From Eledone cirrhosa (taxonomy: Eukaryota): a stretch of 64,000 nucleotides of DNA. Both the position numbers and the translations under genes were made by a program. The notes under the pieces were generated by a model. It was not told the origin of the DNA, made no database searches, and worked only from the letters and a program-made list of their open reading frames with translations. Shown here piece after piece: positions 1 through 15,359 of the stretch (the first letter of the stretch is position 1; each line of letters opens with the position of its first letter). The stretch is from assembly GCA_964016885.1 (NCBI GenBank), contig OZ024750.1, positions 24,862,001-24,926,000 of the forward strand, written 5' to 3'.

Positions 1-792
1 GACAGCTTTCTAGCTATAGTCATACTGTGTGACAGCTTTTTAGCTATTGCCATACTGTGGGACAGACAGCTTTCTAGCTATAGTCATACTGTGGGACAGA
101 CAGCTTTCTAGCTATAGTCATACTGTGGGACAGAGCTTTTTAGCTATTGTCATACTGTGGGACAGACAGCTTTCTAGCTACAGTCATACTGTGGGACAGG
201 GTTTTTAGCTATTGTCATACTGTGGGACAGACAGCTATTTAGCTATTGTCATACTGTGGGACAGAGCTTTTTAGCTATTGTCATACTGTGGGACAGCTTT
301 CTAGCTATTGTCATACTGTGAGACAGAGCTTTTTAGCTATAGTCATACTGTGGGACAGACAGCTTTCTAGCTATTGTCATACCGTGGGACAGAGCTTTTT
401 AGCTATTGTCATACTGTGGGACAGACAGCTTTCTAGCTATAGTCATACTGTGGGCCAGAGCTTTTTAGCTATTGTCACACTGTGTTTACTGTGGGACAGA
501 CAGCTTTTTAGCTAGTGTCATACTGTGTTTACTGTGGGACAGACAGCTTTTTAGCTATTGTCATACTGTTTACTGTGGGACACAGCTCTTTAGCTATTGC
601 CATACTGTGTTTACTGTGGGACGTAGCTTTTTAGCTATTTTGTGGGACAAACAGCTTTTTAACTATAGTCATACTGTGTTTACTGTGGGACAGACAGCTT
701 TTTAGCTATAGTCATACTGTGTTTATTGTGGGACAGACAACTTTTTAGCTAACCTCATAGTGTGTTTATTGTGGGACAAACAGCTTTTTAGC
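1..792. repeat. Minisatellite, ~34-46-bp unit (gacagacagctttYtagctatWgtcatactgtgg)
   Basis: Direct tandem copies; runs off the window start. Confidence 0.95.
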
Positions 793-861
793 TGTTTGTC
801 AACCCATGCTAGAATGGAAACATGGACGTTAAACAGTGATAATGATTATTTGTGTGTGTGA

Positions 862-1350
862 TCATTATTTTACGTCCACTTTTCTATGCTTGCATGGGTT
901 GAACAGGTCCTTTTTCTGCACAGCATCTCTCCATTCATCTCAGTCCTTCATCAACCCTGCAATGAGATGTGATTTGATATCAGCTCTCACCACCTATTCT
1001 TAGGTCTTCCTTTATTGCAGCTTCCTCCCACTAGGATTTCTTGGCATTTCTTCACTCAGCAATCCATCATCATCATCCATACACATCACCTGTCCATACC
1101 AGCAAAGTCATCTCTTCTGCACACTACATCTGATACCTCTTATACCCAGTTTTTTTCTCATTTCATCCATGTTTTGTTGTTCTCGCACATTCACATTACA
1201 CATCCATTGAAGCATGCTTGCTTAATTTTCGCTCCAGCTTTTGTATGTCCTTTAATTTCTCTGTCTCTGTCTCACTACCATGCAGCATCACATTTCACAC
1301 ACAGGTGGCATCATACAGCCGACCTTTCATTTTGTTGTCAACAGAAGTAG
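862..1350 (-). mobile_element. RTE LINE 3' fragment (degenerate)
   Basis: Reverse complement resembles the 18985-19352 fragment and the end of the 61854 ORF (RRLxWYG, KKCQEI, GRPKxxW), plus the aacccatgcaagcat...ggacgtaaaa tail. Confidence 0.7.
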
Positions 1351-1931
1351 TAGTATCACTCTAAACTTCTCCATTCTGTCCTTATTCTTGCTACTATGCT
1401 CTCAGAACATACTCCTCCACTGCTTATTAGATCACCTAGGTAGCAGGAACTATCAACTACTTTCATGCATCCTGAGATTAGAAAAGGTTTATATTTTATC
1501 ACTAATACTCTTACTATCAATTATCCCTGAACATCTGTTTTATACAAAGACTTCCTTTCCTTTTATTTTAGTCTGCTTGCTATCCCACTACACCTTTTGT
1601 GGCTCAAGATTTACATTGTATACATCTAGAAATAATTCTCATACAGTACACAGTAAATATAATACTTGCGGTTGATATAATCATCTAGATACAAGCAATT
1701 GTTTCGTTAAAATATACTTTTTAACAAATGAATGTTTAGATCAATGAATAGGAATAATCACTTACTCACTTGCACTGACCTCCCTAAAAACTACTAGAGA
1801 GGTGTGGAAGAGAGGAGGGATGAGGTGGGGGTTAAGAGAAGAAGTATGAGTGTTTATTATCCAAGAGTGTTTGCTGACAAAATAGCTGTTCACCACTTCA
1901 TGCGCCTATCCTCATTATATCATACAACAAT

Positions 1932-4900
1932 TCACCATTGTCACCACTACTGTCACCATTGTAGTCACCATTGTCACCATTAGAGTCACAACTACAGTCA
2001 CCATTGCCACAACTAGTCACAACAGTCACCATTAGAGTCACAACTACAGTCACCATTGCCACAACAACAGTCACCACAACCACAACAGTCACCATTGCCA
2101 CTACAGTCACCACAACCACTACAGTCACCACAACCACAACAGTCACCACAACCACCACTACAGTCACCACAACCACAACAGTCACCACAACCACCACTAC
2201 AGTCACCACAACCACAACAGTCACCACAACCACCACTACAGCCACCACAACAACAACAGTCACCATTGCCACCACTACAGTCACCACAACCACCACTACA
2301 GCCACCACAACCACAACAGTCACCATTGCCACCAGTACAGTCACCACAACCACCACTACAGCCACCACAACCACAACAGTCACCACAACCACCACTACAG
2401 CCACCACAACCACAACAGTCACCATTGCCACCACTACAGTCACCACAACCACCACTACAGCCACCACAACCACAACAGTCACCATTGCCACCACTACAGT
2501 CACCACAACCACCACTACAGCCACCACAACCACAACAGTCACCACAACCACAACAGTCACCACAACCACCACTACAGTCACCACAACCACAACAGTCACC
2601 ACAACCACCACTACAGTCACCACAACCACAACAGTCACCACAACCACCACTACAGTCACCACAACCACAACAGTCACCACAACCACCACTACAGTCACCA
2701 CACCCACAACAGTCACCACAACCACCACTACAGTCACCACAACCACAACAGTCACCACAACCACCACTACAGTCACCACAACCACAACAGTCACCACAAC
2801 CACCACTACAGTCACCACAACCACAACAGTCACCACAACCACAACTACAGTCACCACAACCACAACAGTCACCACTGCCACCACTACAGTCACCACAACC
2901 ACAACAGTCACCACAACCACCACTACAGTCACCACAACCACAACAGTCACCACAACCACCACTACAGTCACCACAACCACAACAGTCACCACAACCACCA
3001 CTACAGTCACCACAACCACAACAGTCACCACAACCACAACAGTCACCACAACCACCACTACAGTCACCACAACCACAACAGTCACCACAACCACCACTAC
3101 AGTCACCACACCCACAACAGTCACCACAACCACCACTACAGTCACCACAACCACAACAGTCACCACAACCACCACTACAGTCACCACAACCACAACAGTC
3201 ACCACAACCACCACTACAGTCACCACAACCACAACAGTCACCACAACCACCACTACAGTCACCACAACCACAACAGTCACCACTGCCACCACTACAGTCA
3301 CCACAACCACAACAGTCACCACAACCACCACTACAGTCACCACAACCACAACAGTCATCACAACCACCACTACAGTCACCACAACCACAACAGTCACCAC
3401 AACCACCACTACAGTCACCACAACCACAACAGTCACCACAACCACCACTACAGTCACCACAACCACAACAGTCACCACAACCACCACTACAGTCACCACA
3501 ACCACCACTACAGTCACCACAACCACAACAGTCACCACTGCCACCACAGCAGCCACTACAACCACAACAGTCACCACAACCACCACTACAGTCACCACAA
3601 CCACAACAGTCACCACAACCACAACCACAACAGTCACCACAACCACCACTACAGCCATCACAACCACAACAGTCACCACAACCACCACAACCACAACAGT
3701 CACCATTGCCACTACAGTCACCACAACCACCACTACAGTCACCACTGCCACCACAATAGTCACCACAACCACCACTACAGCCACCACAACCACCACTACA
3801 GTCACCATTGCCACCACTACAGTCACCACAACCACCACTACAGCCACCACAACCACAACAGTCACCACAACCACAACAGTCACCACAACCACCACTACAG
3901 TCACCACAACCACAACAGTCACCACTGCCACCACAGCAGCCACCACAACCACAACAGTCACCACAACCACCACTACAGTCACCACAACCACAACAGTCAC
4001 CACAACCACAACCGTCACCACAACCACCACTACAGCCATCACAACCACAACAGTCACCACAACCACCACTACAGTCACCACAACCACAACAGTCACCACA
4101 ACCACAACCACAACAGTCACCACAACCACAACCACAACAGTCACCACAACCACCACTACAGCCATCACAACCACAACAGTCACCACAACCACCACAACAG
4201 TCACCACTGCCACCACAACAGTCACCACAACCACAACAGTCACCATTGCCACTACAGTCACCACAACCACCACTACAGTCACCACTGCCACCACAATAGT
4301 CACCACAACCACCACTACAGCCACCACAACCACAACAGTCACCATTGCCACCACTACAGTCACCACAACCACCACTACAGCCACCACAACCACAACAGTC
4401 ACCACAACCACCACTACAGCCACCACAACCACCACAACAGTCACCATTGCCACCACTACAGTCACCACAACCACCACTACAGCCACCACAACCACAACAG
4501 TCACCACAACCACCACTACAGCCACCACAACCACAACAGTCACCATTGCCACCACTACAGTCACCACAACCACCACTACAGCCACCACAACCACAACAGT
4601 CACCACAACCACAACAGTCACCACAACCACCACTACAGTCACCACAACCACAACAGTCACCACAACCACCACTACAGTCACCACAACCACAACAGTCACC
4701 ACAACCACCACTACAGTCACCACAACCACAACAGTCACCACAACCACCACTACAGTCACCACAACCACAACAGTCACCACAACCACCACTACAGTCACCA
4801 CAACCACAACAGTCACCACAACCACCACTACAGTCACCACAACCACAACAGTCACCACAACCACAACAGTCACCACAACCACCACTACAGCCATCACAAC

Positions 4901-7788
4901 CACAACAGTCACCACAACCACCACAACAGTCACCACTGCCACCACAACCACAACAGTCACCACAACCACAACAGTCACCACAACCACAACAGTCACCACA
5001 ACCACCACTACAGTCACCACAACCACCACAACAGTCACCACAACCACCACTACAGTCACCACAACCACAACAGTCACCACAACCACCACTACAGTCACCA
5101 CAACCACAACAGTCACCACAACCACCACTACAGTCACCACAACCACAACAGTCACCACAACCGCCACTACAGTCACCACAACAGTCACCACAACCACAAC
5201 CACAACAGTCACCACAACCACCACTACAGCCATCACAACCACAACAGTCACCACAACCACAACAGTCACCACAACCACCACTACAGCCATCACAACCACA
5301 ACAGTCACCACAACCACCACAACAGTCACCACTGCCACCACAACAGTCACCACAACCACAACAGTCACCACAACCACCACTACAGTCACCACTGCCACCA
5401 CAACAGTCACCACAACCACAACAGTCACCATTGCCACTACAGTCACCACAACCACAACAGTCACCACAACCACCACTACAGTCACCACAACCACAACAGT
5501 CACCACAACCACAACCACAACAGTCACCACAACCACCACTACAGCCATCACAACCACAACAGTCACCACAACCACCACAACAGTCACCACTGCCACCACA
5601 ACAGTCACCACAACCACAACAGTCACCATTGCCACTACAGTCACCACAACCACTACAGTCACCACAACCACCACTACAGTCACCACTGCCACCACAACAG
5701 TCACCACAACCACTACAGTCACCACAACCACCACTACAGTCACCACAACCACAACAGTCACCACAACCACCACTACAGTCACCACAACCACAACAGTCAC
5801 CACAACCACCACTACAGTCACCACAACCACAACAGTCACCACAACCGCCACTACAGTCACCACAACAGTCACCACAACCACAACCACAACAGTCACCACA
5901 ACCACCACTACAGCCATCACAACCACAACAGTCACCACAACCACAACAGTCACCACAACCACCACTACAGCCATCACAACCACAACAGTCACCACAACCA
6001 CCACAACAGTCACCACTGCCACCACAACAGTCACCACAACCACAACAGTCACCACAACCACCACTACAGTCACCACTGCCACCACAACAGTCACCACAAC
6101 CACAACAGTCACCATTGCCACTACAGTCACCACAACCACAACAGTCACCACAACCACCACTACAGTCACCACAACCACAACAGTCACCACAACCACAACC
6201 ACAACAGTCACCACAACCACCACTACAGCCATCACAACCACAACAGTCACCACAACCACCACAACAGTCACCACTGCCACCACAACAGTCACCACAACCA
6301 CAACAGTCACCATTGCCACTACAGTCACCACAACCACTACAGTCACCACAACCACCACTACAGTCACCACTGCCACCACAACAGTCACCACAACCACTAC
6401 AGTCACCACAACCACCACTACAGCCATCACAACCACAACAGTCAACACGACCACCACAACAGTCACCACTGCCACCACAACAGTCACCACAACCACAACA
6501 GTCACCATTGCCACTACAGTCACCACAACCACCACTACAGCCATCACAACCACAACAGTCACCACAACCACCACAACAGTCACCACTGCCACCACAACAG
6601 TCACCACAACCACCACTACAGTCACCACAACCACAACAGTCACCACTGCCACCACAACAGTCACCACAACCACCACTACAGTCACCACAACCACAACAGT
6701 CACCACAACCACCACTACAGCCATCACAACCACAACAGTCACCACAACCACCACAACAGTCACCACTGCCACCACAACAGTCACCACAACCACAACAGTC
6801 ACCTTTGCCACTACAGTCACCACAACCACAACAGTCACCACAACCACCACAACAGTCACCACTGCCACCACAACAGTCACCACAACCACAACAGTCACCA
6901 TTGCGACTACAGTCACCACAACCACAACAGTCACCACAACCGCCACTACAGTCACCACAACCACAACAGTCACCACAACCACCACAACAGTCACCACAAC
7001 CACCACAACAGTCACCATTGCCACTACAGTCACCACAACCACTACAGTTACCACAACCACCACTACAGTCACCACAACCACAACAGTCACCACTGCCACC
7101 ACAACAGTCACCACTGCCACCACAACAGTCACCACAACCACCACAACCACCACAACAGTCACCACAACCACCACAACAGTCACCACTGCCACCACAACAG
7201 TCACCACAACCACCACAACCACCACAACCGTCACCACTGCCACCACAACAGTCACCACTGCCACCACAACAGTCACCACAACCACCACAACCACCACAAC
7301 AGTCACCACTGCCACCACAACAGTCACCACTGCCACCACAACAGTCACCACAACCACCACAACCACCACAACAGTCACCACAACCACCACAACAGTCACC
7401 ACAACCACCACAACCACAACAGTCACCACTGTCACCACAACAGTCACCACTGCCACCACAACCACAACAGTCACCACTGCCACCACAACAGTCACCACTG
7501 CCACCACTACAGTCACCACAACCACAACAGTCACCATTGCCTCAACTACAGTCACCACAACCACCACAACCACAAGTCACCACTGCCACCACAACAGTCA
7601 CCACTGCCACCACAACCACAAGTCACCACTGCCACCACAAGTCACCACTGTCACCACAACAGTCACCACTGCCACCACAACCACAAGTCACCACTGCCAC
7701 CACAACAGTCACCACTGCCACCACAACAGTCACCACTGCCACCACTACAGTCACCACAACCACAACCACAACAGTCACCACTACAGTG
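1932..7788. repeat. 5.8-kb triplet-based satellite (acagtcaccacaaccacc.. 15/18-bp units)
   Basis: Gives poly-Thr, poly-Val and PQ ORFs in several frames; higher-order duplication of ~684 bp (marker ccgccactac at 5161 and 5845). Confidence 0.95.
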
Positions 7789-7905
7789 CCTCCTAAGGTC
7801 TCAAAAGGATAGAAATCCATCTCTAACCTCCATCAACTTTCTAGATATATCTGTTGTTGCTGATATCACCCAATTCTTTACCACATTTATTATAAACCTC
7901 TAGAC

Positions 7906-8213
7906 CAGTGGGGCACACACACACACACCCCCACAGGGAAAGGAGGGGGGAGGGGCATCTGAAAATGATGTTAATGAGAACAAACCTCAGGTTTTTACTT
8001 TATTACTTTTACACCAAGGCAAATTTTGGTACACAATACTGTCAGAAACTTCCCGCCTCACCTCCTCCATATGTTGTGCATTAGACACCATTTATACACC
8101 GATTTGTTTACACTTTGAAGTTGATCATTACTGTTTTCATGTCAAAGGGGGAGATAACAATTATTTAGATGTTGAGGGGTGTGGCATGGTACACATAAGG
8201 TTGGGAACCACTG
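7906..8213. mobile_element. Degenerate hAT-type MITE
   Basis: cagtgg...ggttgggaaccactg ends; imperfect 8-bp TSD ctctagac/gtcgagac. Confidence 0.5.
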
Positions 8214-8328
8214 GTCGAGACACAATCTTATCTTCACTGTCCTCCTTCAGACCATAAACAGCAAATCTGTGTCAACGAACTTCACTTCAATATCATGTCA
8301 AAGTTCGCTACAATGATAAAGCCATCCT

Positions 8329-9752
8329 CTGGTATACCACACTATTGTTACACCTGTCACCTGGTATACCACACTATTGTTACACCTTTCACCTGGTATA
8401 CCACACTATTGTTACACCTTTCACCTGGTATACCACACTATTGTTACACCTGTCACCTGGTATACCATGCTATTATTAGACATTCTCTCACCTGGTATAC
8501 ACACTATTGTTACACCTTTCACCTGGTATACTACACTATTGTTACACCTGTCACCTGGTATACCACACTATTGTTACACCTGTCACCTGGTATACCATGC
8601 TATTATTAGACATTCTCTCACCTGGTATACACACTATTGTTACACCTTTCACCTGGTATACCACACTATTGTTACACCTTTCACCTGGTATACCACACTA
8701 TTGTTACACCTGTCACCTGGTATACCATGCTATTATTAGACATTCTCTTACCTGGTATACACACTATTGTTACACATTTCACCTGGTATACTACACTATT
8801 GTTACACCTTTCACCTGGTATACCACACTATTGTTACACCTGTCACCTGGTATACCATGCTATTATTAGACATTCTCTCACCTGGTATACACACTATTGT
8901 TACACCTTTTACCTGGTATACCACACTATTGTTACACCTTTCACCTGGTATACCACACTATTTCACACCTGTCACCTGGTATACCATGCTATTATTAGAC
9001 ATTCTCTCACCTGGTATACACACTATTGTTACACCTTTCACCTGGTATACCACACTATTGTTACACCTTTCACCTGGTATACCACACTATTGTTACACCT
9101 GTCACCTGGAATACCATGCTATTATTAGACATTCTCTCACCTGGTATACACACTATTGTTACACCTGTCACCTGGTATACCACACTATTGTTACACCTGT
9201 CACCTGGTATACCACGCTATTATTAGACATTCTCTCACCTGGTATACACACTATTGTTACACCTTTCACCTGGTATACCACACTATTGTTACACCTTTCA
9301 CCTGGTATACCACACTATTGTTACACCTCTCACCTGGTATACCACACTATTGTTACACCTGTTACACCTTTCACCTGGTATACCACACTATTGTTACACC
9401 TTTCTCACCTGGTATACCACATTATTGTTACACCTCTCACCTGGTATACCACATTATTGTTACACCTCTCATCTGGTATACCACACTCTTGCTAGACATT
9501 CTCTCACCTGGTATACCACACTCTTGCTAGACAGTCTCCCACCTGGTATACCACATTGTTACACCTCTCATCTGATATACCACACTATTGTTACACATTC
9601 TCTCACCTGGTATACCACACTCTTGCTAGACAGTCTCTCACCTGGTATACCACACTATTGTTACACATTCTCTCACCTGGTATACCACACTCTTGCTAGA
9701 CAGTCTCTCATCTGGTATACCACACTCTTGCTAGACAGTCTCTCACCTGGTC
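8329..9752. repeat. Minisatellite, ~32-bp unit with 130-bp higher-order period
   Basis: acctggtataccacactattgttacacctttc; near-identical ORF starts at 8377/8507/8637/8767. Confidence 0.95.
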
Positions 9753-10124
9753 ACTAGATTCTCTTTCCCTCTACCTTATTACCTGGCTTCTTCAACACAC
9801 CATCTCCTGAAATTTCCACTGAGAGGTGTAAATCAATGTAAACTGCTAACAACTTTCTTGCTGACCTAGAAACTTTTATGATAGCAAGAAGCAACTTGCC
9901 TCTCATAAAGTCCTATTCACATAAAATAGGAATGGTATGTGGCTATTCATATGTCTTCTAATGTTTACAATAAATCATGACATCAATTGACTGTATGTTA
10001 GTCATTAATGGGGTCTTCCTACCTCTTGTTATTTCCTCTTTTCCTCCTGTCTCAGAAGGTCAAGGTCAAGGAAACATAAAGGTCAGGAGTACTGCCCTAC
10101 ACCCTCCCCGACTAAATGGTGAAA

Positions 10125-10162
<38 letters not shown>

Positions 10163-10164
<2 letters not shown>

Positions 10165-10469
10165 CTTAGTGGTTAGAGTGCTGGGTTTACAATCGTGAGG
10201 TTGTGAGTTTGGTTCTTGGACAGGGCTTTGCATTGTGTGTTCTTGAGCAAAACACTTTATTTCACATTGCTCCAGTTCACTCAGCTGTTGAAATGAGTTG
10301 TTATGTCACTGGTACCAAGCTGTATTGGCATTTGCCTTTCTTTTCGACAACATCAGTGGCATAGAGAGTGGAGACTGTTATGCATGGGTGATTTGTGCCT
10401 CAGAGGGGAACTTTCTTGGTGCAAATCCTTTGGTCATTCATGACCAAAGGAGGCCTTTACCCTTTACCC

Positions 10470-10470
<1 letters not shown>
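10163..10470 (+). mobile_element. SINE A-related copy with an alternative 3' half (similar copy at ~17655-17945)
   Basis: Same head and centre, then ...taccaagctgta...gacaacatc...ggtcatt..accaaagg, shared with the 17.7-kb copy. Confidence 0.7.
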
Positions 10471-10503
<33 letters not shown>

Positions 10504-11659
10504 TTATACTGTACATTATACAAAAATAAATCCAGCCCACACTGTAAAGTGATTGTATAGGTGTCACAACAAAAAGCACCCAGCCCACACTGTAAAGTGA
10601 TCGTATAGGTGCCACAACAAAAAGCACCCAGCACACACTGTAAACGTGGTTGGCATTCTGAAGGACATTCAGCTGTAGAAACCAAGCCAAAATCAGTTCT
10701 GTATGTGCAAGACATGGTCACCCGACCTGGCATTTCTCACAAGAGAACAACTTGTCTAATCCATGCTAGCATGGAAAAATGGACATTAAACAGTGATGAT
10801 GGTGATGATATATATATATATATATACTGTACATTATATATATATATTCACTGTACACTATATATATTGTTAGTACCTTGTGTGTGTGTGTGTGTATGTA
10901 TATATATATATATATATAATATATAGAGAGAGAGAGATATTACACTGTACACTATATATATATCAATAACACATATATTACCAGTAACTTGTGTGTATAT
11001 ATATATATATATAATCATCATCATATGTCTGCTTTTCCCTGCCTGTAAGGGTGGGACAATATATATATATGTGTGTGTGTATATATATATATATATTTAT
11101 ATTCTCATGAATAAATGGCATAACATTTTTGCCCAGATTATATAAGTTGAAAGTATGCAGGCTTATTTTCACATCTTATCTATTCGTGTTATTAAACATG
11201 AAACGAATCACAAGATTTGTTGATAACAAAAGGTTCTGTCAAATTTACCGTGTGACACAAAATTTTTTTTTGCATTTCTAAAATAAAAAAAAAAAAACGA
11301 ACCGCATTTGAGAACAATTGACTATGAAGTAGGTTTTTACTTTATCTTTTGTTTTTAATTCGTCTAGTGTAATTACATGTGATAAAAACATTGCTTAAAA
11401 TTTTATTTTTCTGTTTTATTTGCATTTTTAATCTATACACTTAAATAACTTTTTTATCCTTTTTAACCTTGTGGCAACTTTTCTGAAGTAAATTTCACTC
11501 CACCCTGTTTTGTTCACTAATTTTAGTTTACATCTTTACCATAATACAGTAACTGACATGTGGAACATATTTAGATACTGTTTTATACATTAGTATTTTA
11601 GGTTCTAATCACAACAAAAGCATAATAACACTATTTCACTTACTTATGAGTAACAAATG

Positions 11660-12100
11660 GTTAGTACCAGATACAGACAGTCAATGTGAACAGATGCCAG
11701 TACTAGCACCAAATACAGACAGTCAATGTGAACAGATGCCAGTACTAGGACTAAATTCAGTTAATCTTTAACATGCTAGTAATTTTTATGAGTTGTTTCC
11801 CTTGACACTGCATTGTCTATTAAAGGGAGATTACTCATATGATGTATTTTGTTGCCTGCAGCTTGCTGCAGTTACTGGTACTAGGACTAAATATAGTCAG
11901 TCAATGTTAACAGATACTAGTACTAGGACTAAATACTGTCAATGTTAACAGATACTAGTACTAGGACTAAATACTGTCAATGTTAACAGATACTAGTACT
12001 AGGACTAAATACTGTCAGTCAATGTTAACAGATACTAGTACTAGGACTAGATACAGTCAGTCAATGTTAACAGATACTGGTACTAGGACTAGATACTGAT
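11660..12100. repeat. Minisatellite, ~38-42-bp unit
   Basis: caatgttaacagatactagtactaggactaaatactgt. Confidence 0.9.
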
Positions 12101-13070
12101 CAAGTGGCTGTGTTAGTGGTTCCATCGATGACTCAGGTTAGACAAAGAAAACAATGTTTCCAATGGTCTTTCCATTGTTCATATTATCTACCAATCAGAT
12201 TTCCTGGGGAAAAGACCGTGAAATAAAATAATTTACTGAAAAATATAAAACACCTCACCCTTACCAGAAATCAAACCTATGAACTCAAGATTGTGAGTCT
12301 AACACCCGAAACCACTAGACCACCCACCTTCACTGAATCTCAATCTAAACCACTTGTAAAGCAGTATATTTCTTTGATAAGATAGTTTTAAAGTGACCTT
12401 ATTGTTTGCAGGTCAGCAGACTATAATGTTGTCTAACAGGAATGACTTTCCCAAACAGAAGTGCAACAAATACAAAACAGCTATAATTCAGTTTTGTGTT
12501 TAGAATCTTTTTACAGCAAATATCAAATTAATGAAAGAGAATAAATACTGATGAAAGAGTGAAGAGGAATGAGGGGTAGGTGATGAATTGACTGACTTGT
12601 TAGAGTAGGTCAATAAGACATGTTCAGACTCTCAGGGTTTTAAGTTCAAATCCAACCGAGGGCAACTTTGCTTTTCATCCTTTCGATGACGATAAAATAA
12701 AGTACCCAGTCCAAGATGGTGGACAGGGGAAATTATTAAAGTGTCTGGTGAGATATCTTGCAGTATTTATTCTAGCTGTTTATTTTCTGAGTTCAGATCC
12801 TGTTATAGCCAACATGAATGGTAGATTTAATCTGTTGTCCAGTATAACACCAGCATCTGGTCTTTTCTTGACTTTAGCCATGTCCTCTATGCTGCAAACA
12901 TTCAGGCCTGATCCCCAGTTTGACAATACCTTCCACCCACCTACCAGTCTCAGGAGCCCTGAAATGAGTCATGGACATGGCCATTCTTTGACAAAATAAT
13001 TTGAAATGATAGGTTGATTTGTTTTATGTTATATGTGGCTGTTTGGTTAAGGGATAAACTCCACAACCCC

Positions 13071-13286
13071 TTAACCCTTGAGCATTTACATTACTCTATA
13101 TTTACTATTATATTTTCATGGTAAAGGCTTTACCTCACATAATATTGAATAAATGAGATTTTGATATTATTTATTTTGAAAACAACACCATAACATCAGT
13201 ATGAGTGGCCGGTTACAGCTGGTTTGAACAGAAAGAGGTGAGAGAATTCTGGCCGGATATGGCTGGTTTAAATGCTAAAGGGTTAA
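13071..13286. mobile_element. piggyBac-type non-autonomous element, ~215 bp (copies ~15444-15661, 16351-16703, 24470-24880, 27135-27465, 27604-27788, 47357-47900, 61050-61263)
   Basis: Termini TTAA-CCCTTTAGCATTTA ... TAAATGCTAAAGGG-TTAA (consensus). TTAA duplication is visible at the nested insertion 24563/24760. Confidence 0.8.
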
Positions 13287-14200
13287 ATATGTTATGATTG
13301 GAAGGATATTTGGCTTTTGCTTCTAGAAGGTCAAGTAATCCCACAGTGTCTCCTTTGCGTGATCAAGTTTGTGTCATCTGGTAGCCTGGCTAATCTTATC
13401 AAATGCTGATGTTGATGGAAGAGAGAGAGGTTGTTGTAAAGCAGTAATATAGTCTTACAGATGGATGATATTATCGGGCTGTCACTTGACCTGCAATTGG
13501 TACACATCAGTTGTAGATTCAACTTTATTTTTAAACCCCCTCCACACACACACACACACGCAGTTTCCCTGAAAGATAAAAAGCAAAGTGAACCTCAGCG
13601 AGATTTCAACTGAGAAACTAAATGGTTTCTGATTTAGGCATAAGGCCAGCAAATTTTATTTGCTGAGGAGGGGAAAGTCAAATAAATTGACCCCAGTATG
13701 TAACTGGTATTTTGTTTTGTCGACCCTGTAAGGATGAAAGGCAAAGCTGAACTCAGCTCATAAAGGGCCGTAACTCTACGCAATAAAGCAGGGTGTCTGG
13801 TGCTTGGAACGAAATATTACAAGACATTGCAACAATTCTGCCAATCTGCTGCTTTCAACCAATGTCGACAGAATTAGAGTGGAATTGAAAGAGATCTTTG
13901 TTTAGATTTGTATTATGATATTTGCAAAGAATATTTGTTGGGGAAAGTTCTTAAAAGTGGAGTCCTCACTGTCTCTATAAACAGACTGACAACCTGGCAG
14001 GAAACGTGGGAGAAAATTAAGTCAATGACATGTAGGACAAAAAACTGCTGCAATTGTGGCCTTTAATAAAATATAGGTCAAGGCAATTATTGTACATCAA
14101 CAAAACAATGAATCAAATAACCGGGTCATTTAATATAATTGTTATATATATATATATATCGTCATCATCGTTTAACGTCCATGTTCCACGCTTGCATGGG

Positions 14201-14235
<35 letters not shown>

Positions 14236-14367
14236 AATATATTTATTTTATTATATATATTGATATATTTCTAGTATATATATTATAATATATATATTTA
14301 TTGTAATATATATGTTGTAATATATGTATTATAATATATATCATCATCATCATCATGTAATATATGT

Positions 14368-14417
<50 letters not shown>

Positions 14418-14477
14418 GTAGAACACTGAAGGGTTATATCCGTAGTAGTAGAGCACTCAGTCCATGGGACGAGTTTG

Positions 14478-14623
14478 ATAGAAGTAGTTCCACAACAGTT
14501 AGTTCACCATACTGAGAACAAATGTTTTACCTTATGCGGGTCTTCAGACTGAACTGAAGATCCACATAAGGTGAAACATTTGTTCTCGGTATGGTGAACT
14601 AACTGTTGTGGAACTACTTCTAT
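14478..14623. repeat. Inverted repeat (~70-bp arms, 6-nt loop)
   Basis: atagaagtagttcc...gtcttcag / ctgaagat...ggaactacttctat; four transition mismatches; between (TA)n tracts. Confidence 0.95.
14548..14590 (+). ncRNA. Degenerate hammerhead-like motif inside a hairpin
   Basis: ACUGAA-CUGAAGA-U-CC(ACAUAA)GG-U-GAAA-CAUUUG-UU-CUCGGU; closing pair of stem I mismatched. Confidence 0.45.
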
Positions 14624-15099
14624 ATATATATATATAATAAAATAAATATATTACAATATATATATATATAACCCATGCAAGGTGTTAGGAAGGGCATCCA
14701 GCTGTAGAAAACACACCAGACAGTCCGCACTGTAATGTGGCCGTGTAGGCAACATGGTAAAAACCTCCCAGCCCCACACTGTAAATGTGGTTGGTGTTAG
14801 GAAGGGCATCCAGCTGTAGAAAACCCGCCAGACAGTCCTATGCGAGCAAGACAACCACTCTTGCCTCAAGTGGGAAAACCCCCGTCCAAACCCATGCAAG
14901 CGTGGAACAGGGACGTTAAACGATGATGATGATGATATATATTGTAATATATTTATTATATATTTATTGTAAAATATATATAAGGTGGTCATTCCACCGT
15001 TTTTAGAGATATTTAGGACTGTATCATCTAACATGTCCTTCCTATATTTAAGATGGTTTGCCATATTTTTAGAGCCATTTAGGACTGTGTTATCTAACA

Positions 15100-15359
15100 C
15101 TGTGGTCGCCAACCTTTTGGACCTCAAGGACCACTAAATTCATAAGTTTAAATCCCGCGGACCACTAATATGAATTTTTTTTAAAAGGTTAATACATTTG
15201 TAAAATAATGATCAGAAAACTTCCATTTTATTAATATGAAATGCACTTATTAATTATAACAAAATTATAAATGCTTATGTAATTATAAAATCTTTAAAGT
15301 AAATAATGTCCAAGTTTTTCTGTGGACCACCAAAATTTTCTGTCAGTTGGCAACCACTG
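15100..15359. mobile_element. hAT-type MITE
   Basis: TIRs c(t)gtggtcgccaac / gttggcaaccactg; perfect 8-bp TSD ATCTAACA (15092-15099 and 15360-15367); inserted in a ~60-70-bp tandem repeat. Confidence 0.85.

Noticed and set aside
1898-7812. 1941-aa Thr-rich 'mucin' ORF, and the poly-Val and PQ ORFs
   Set aside because: Triplet-based satellite open in several frames on both strands. No ATG, signal peptide, flanking domain or convincing splice sites; similar tracts occur in an ACC intron (48.0-49.0 kb). A mucin exon cannot be fully excluded without RNA data.
8329-9752. CRISPR-like ~32-bp repeats with a palindromic core
   Set aside because: Head-to-tail units with no unique spacers and no cas genes; eukaryotic context.
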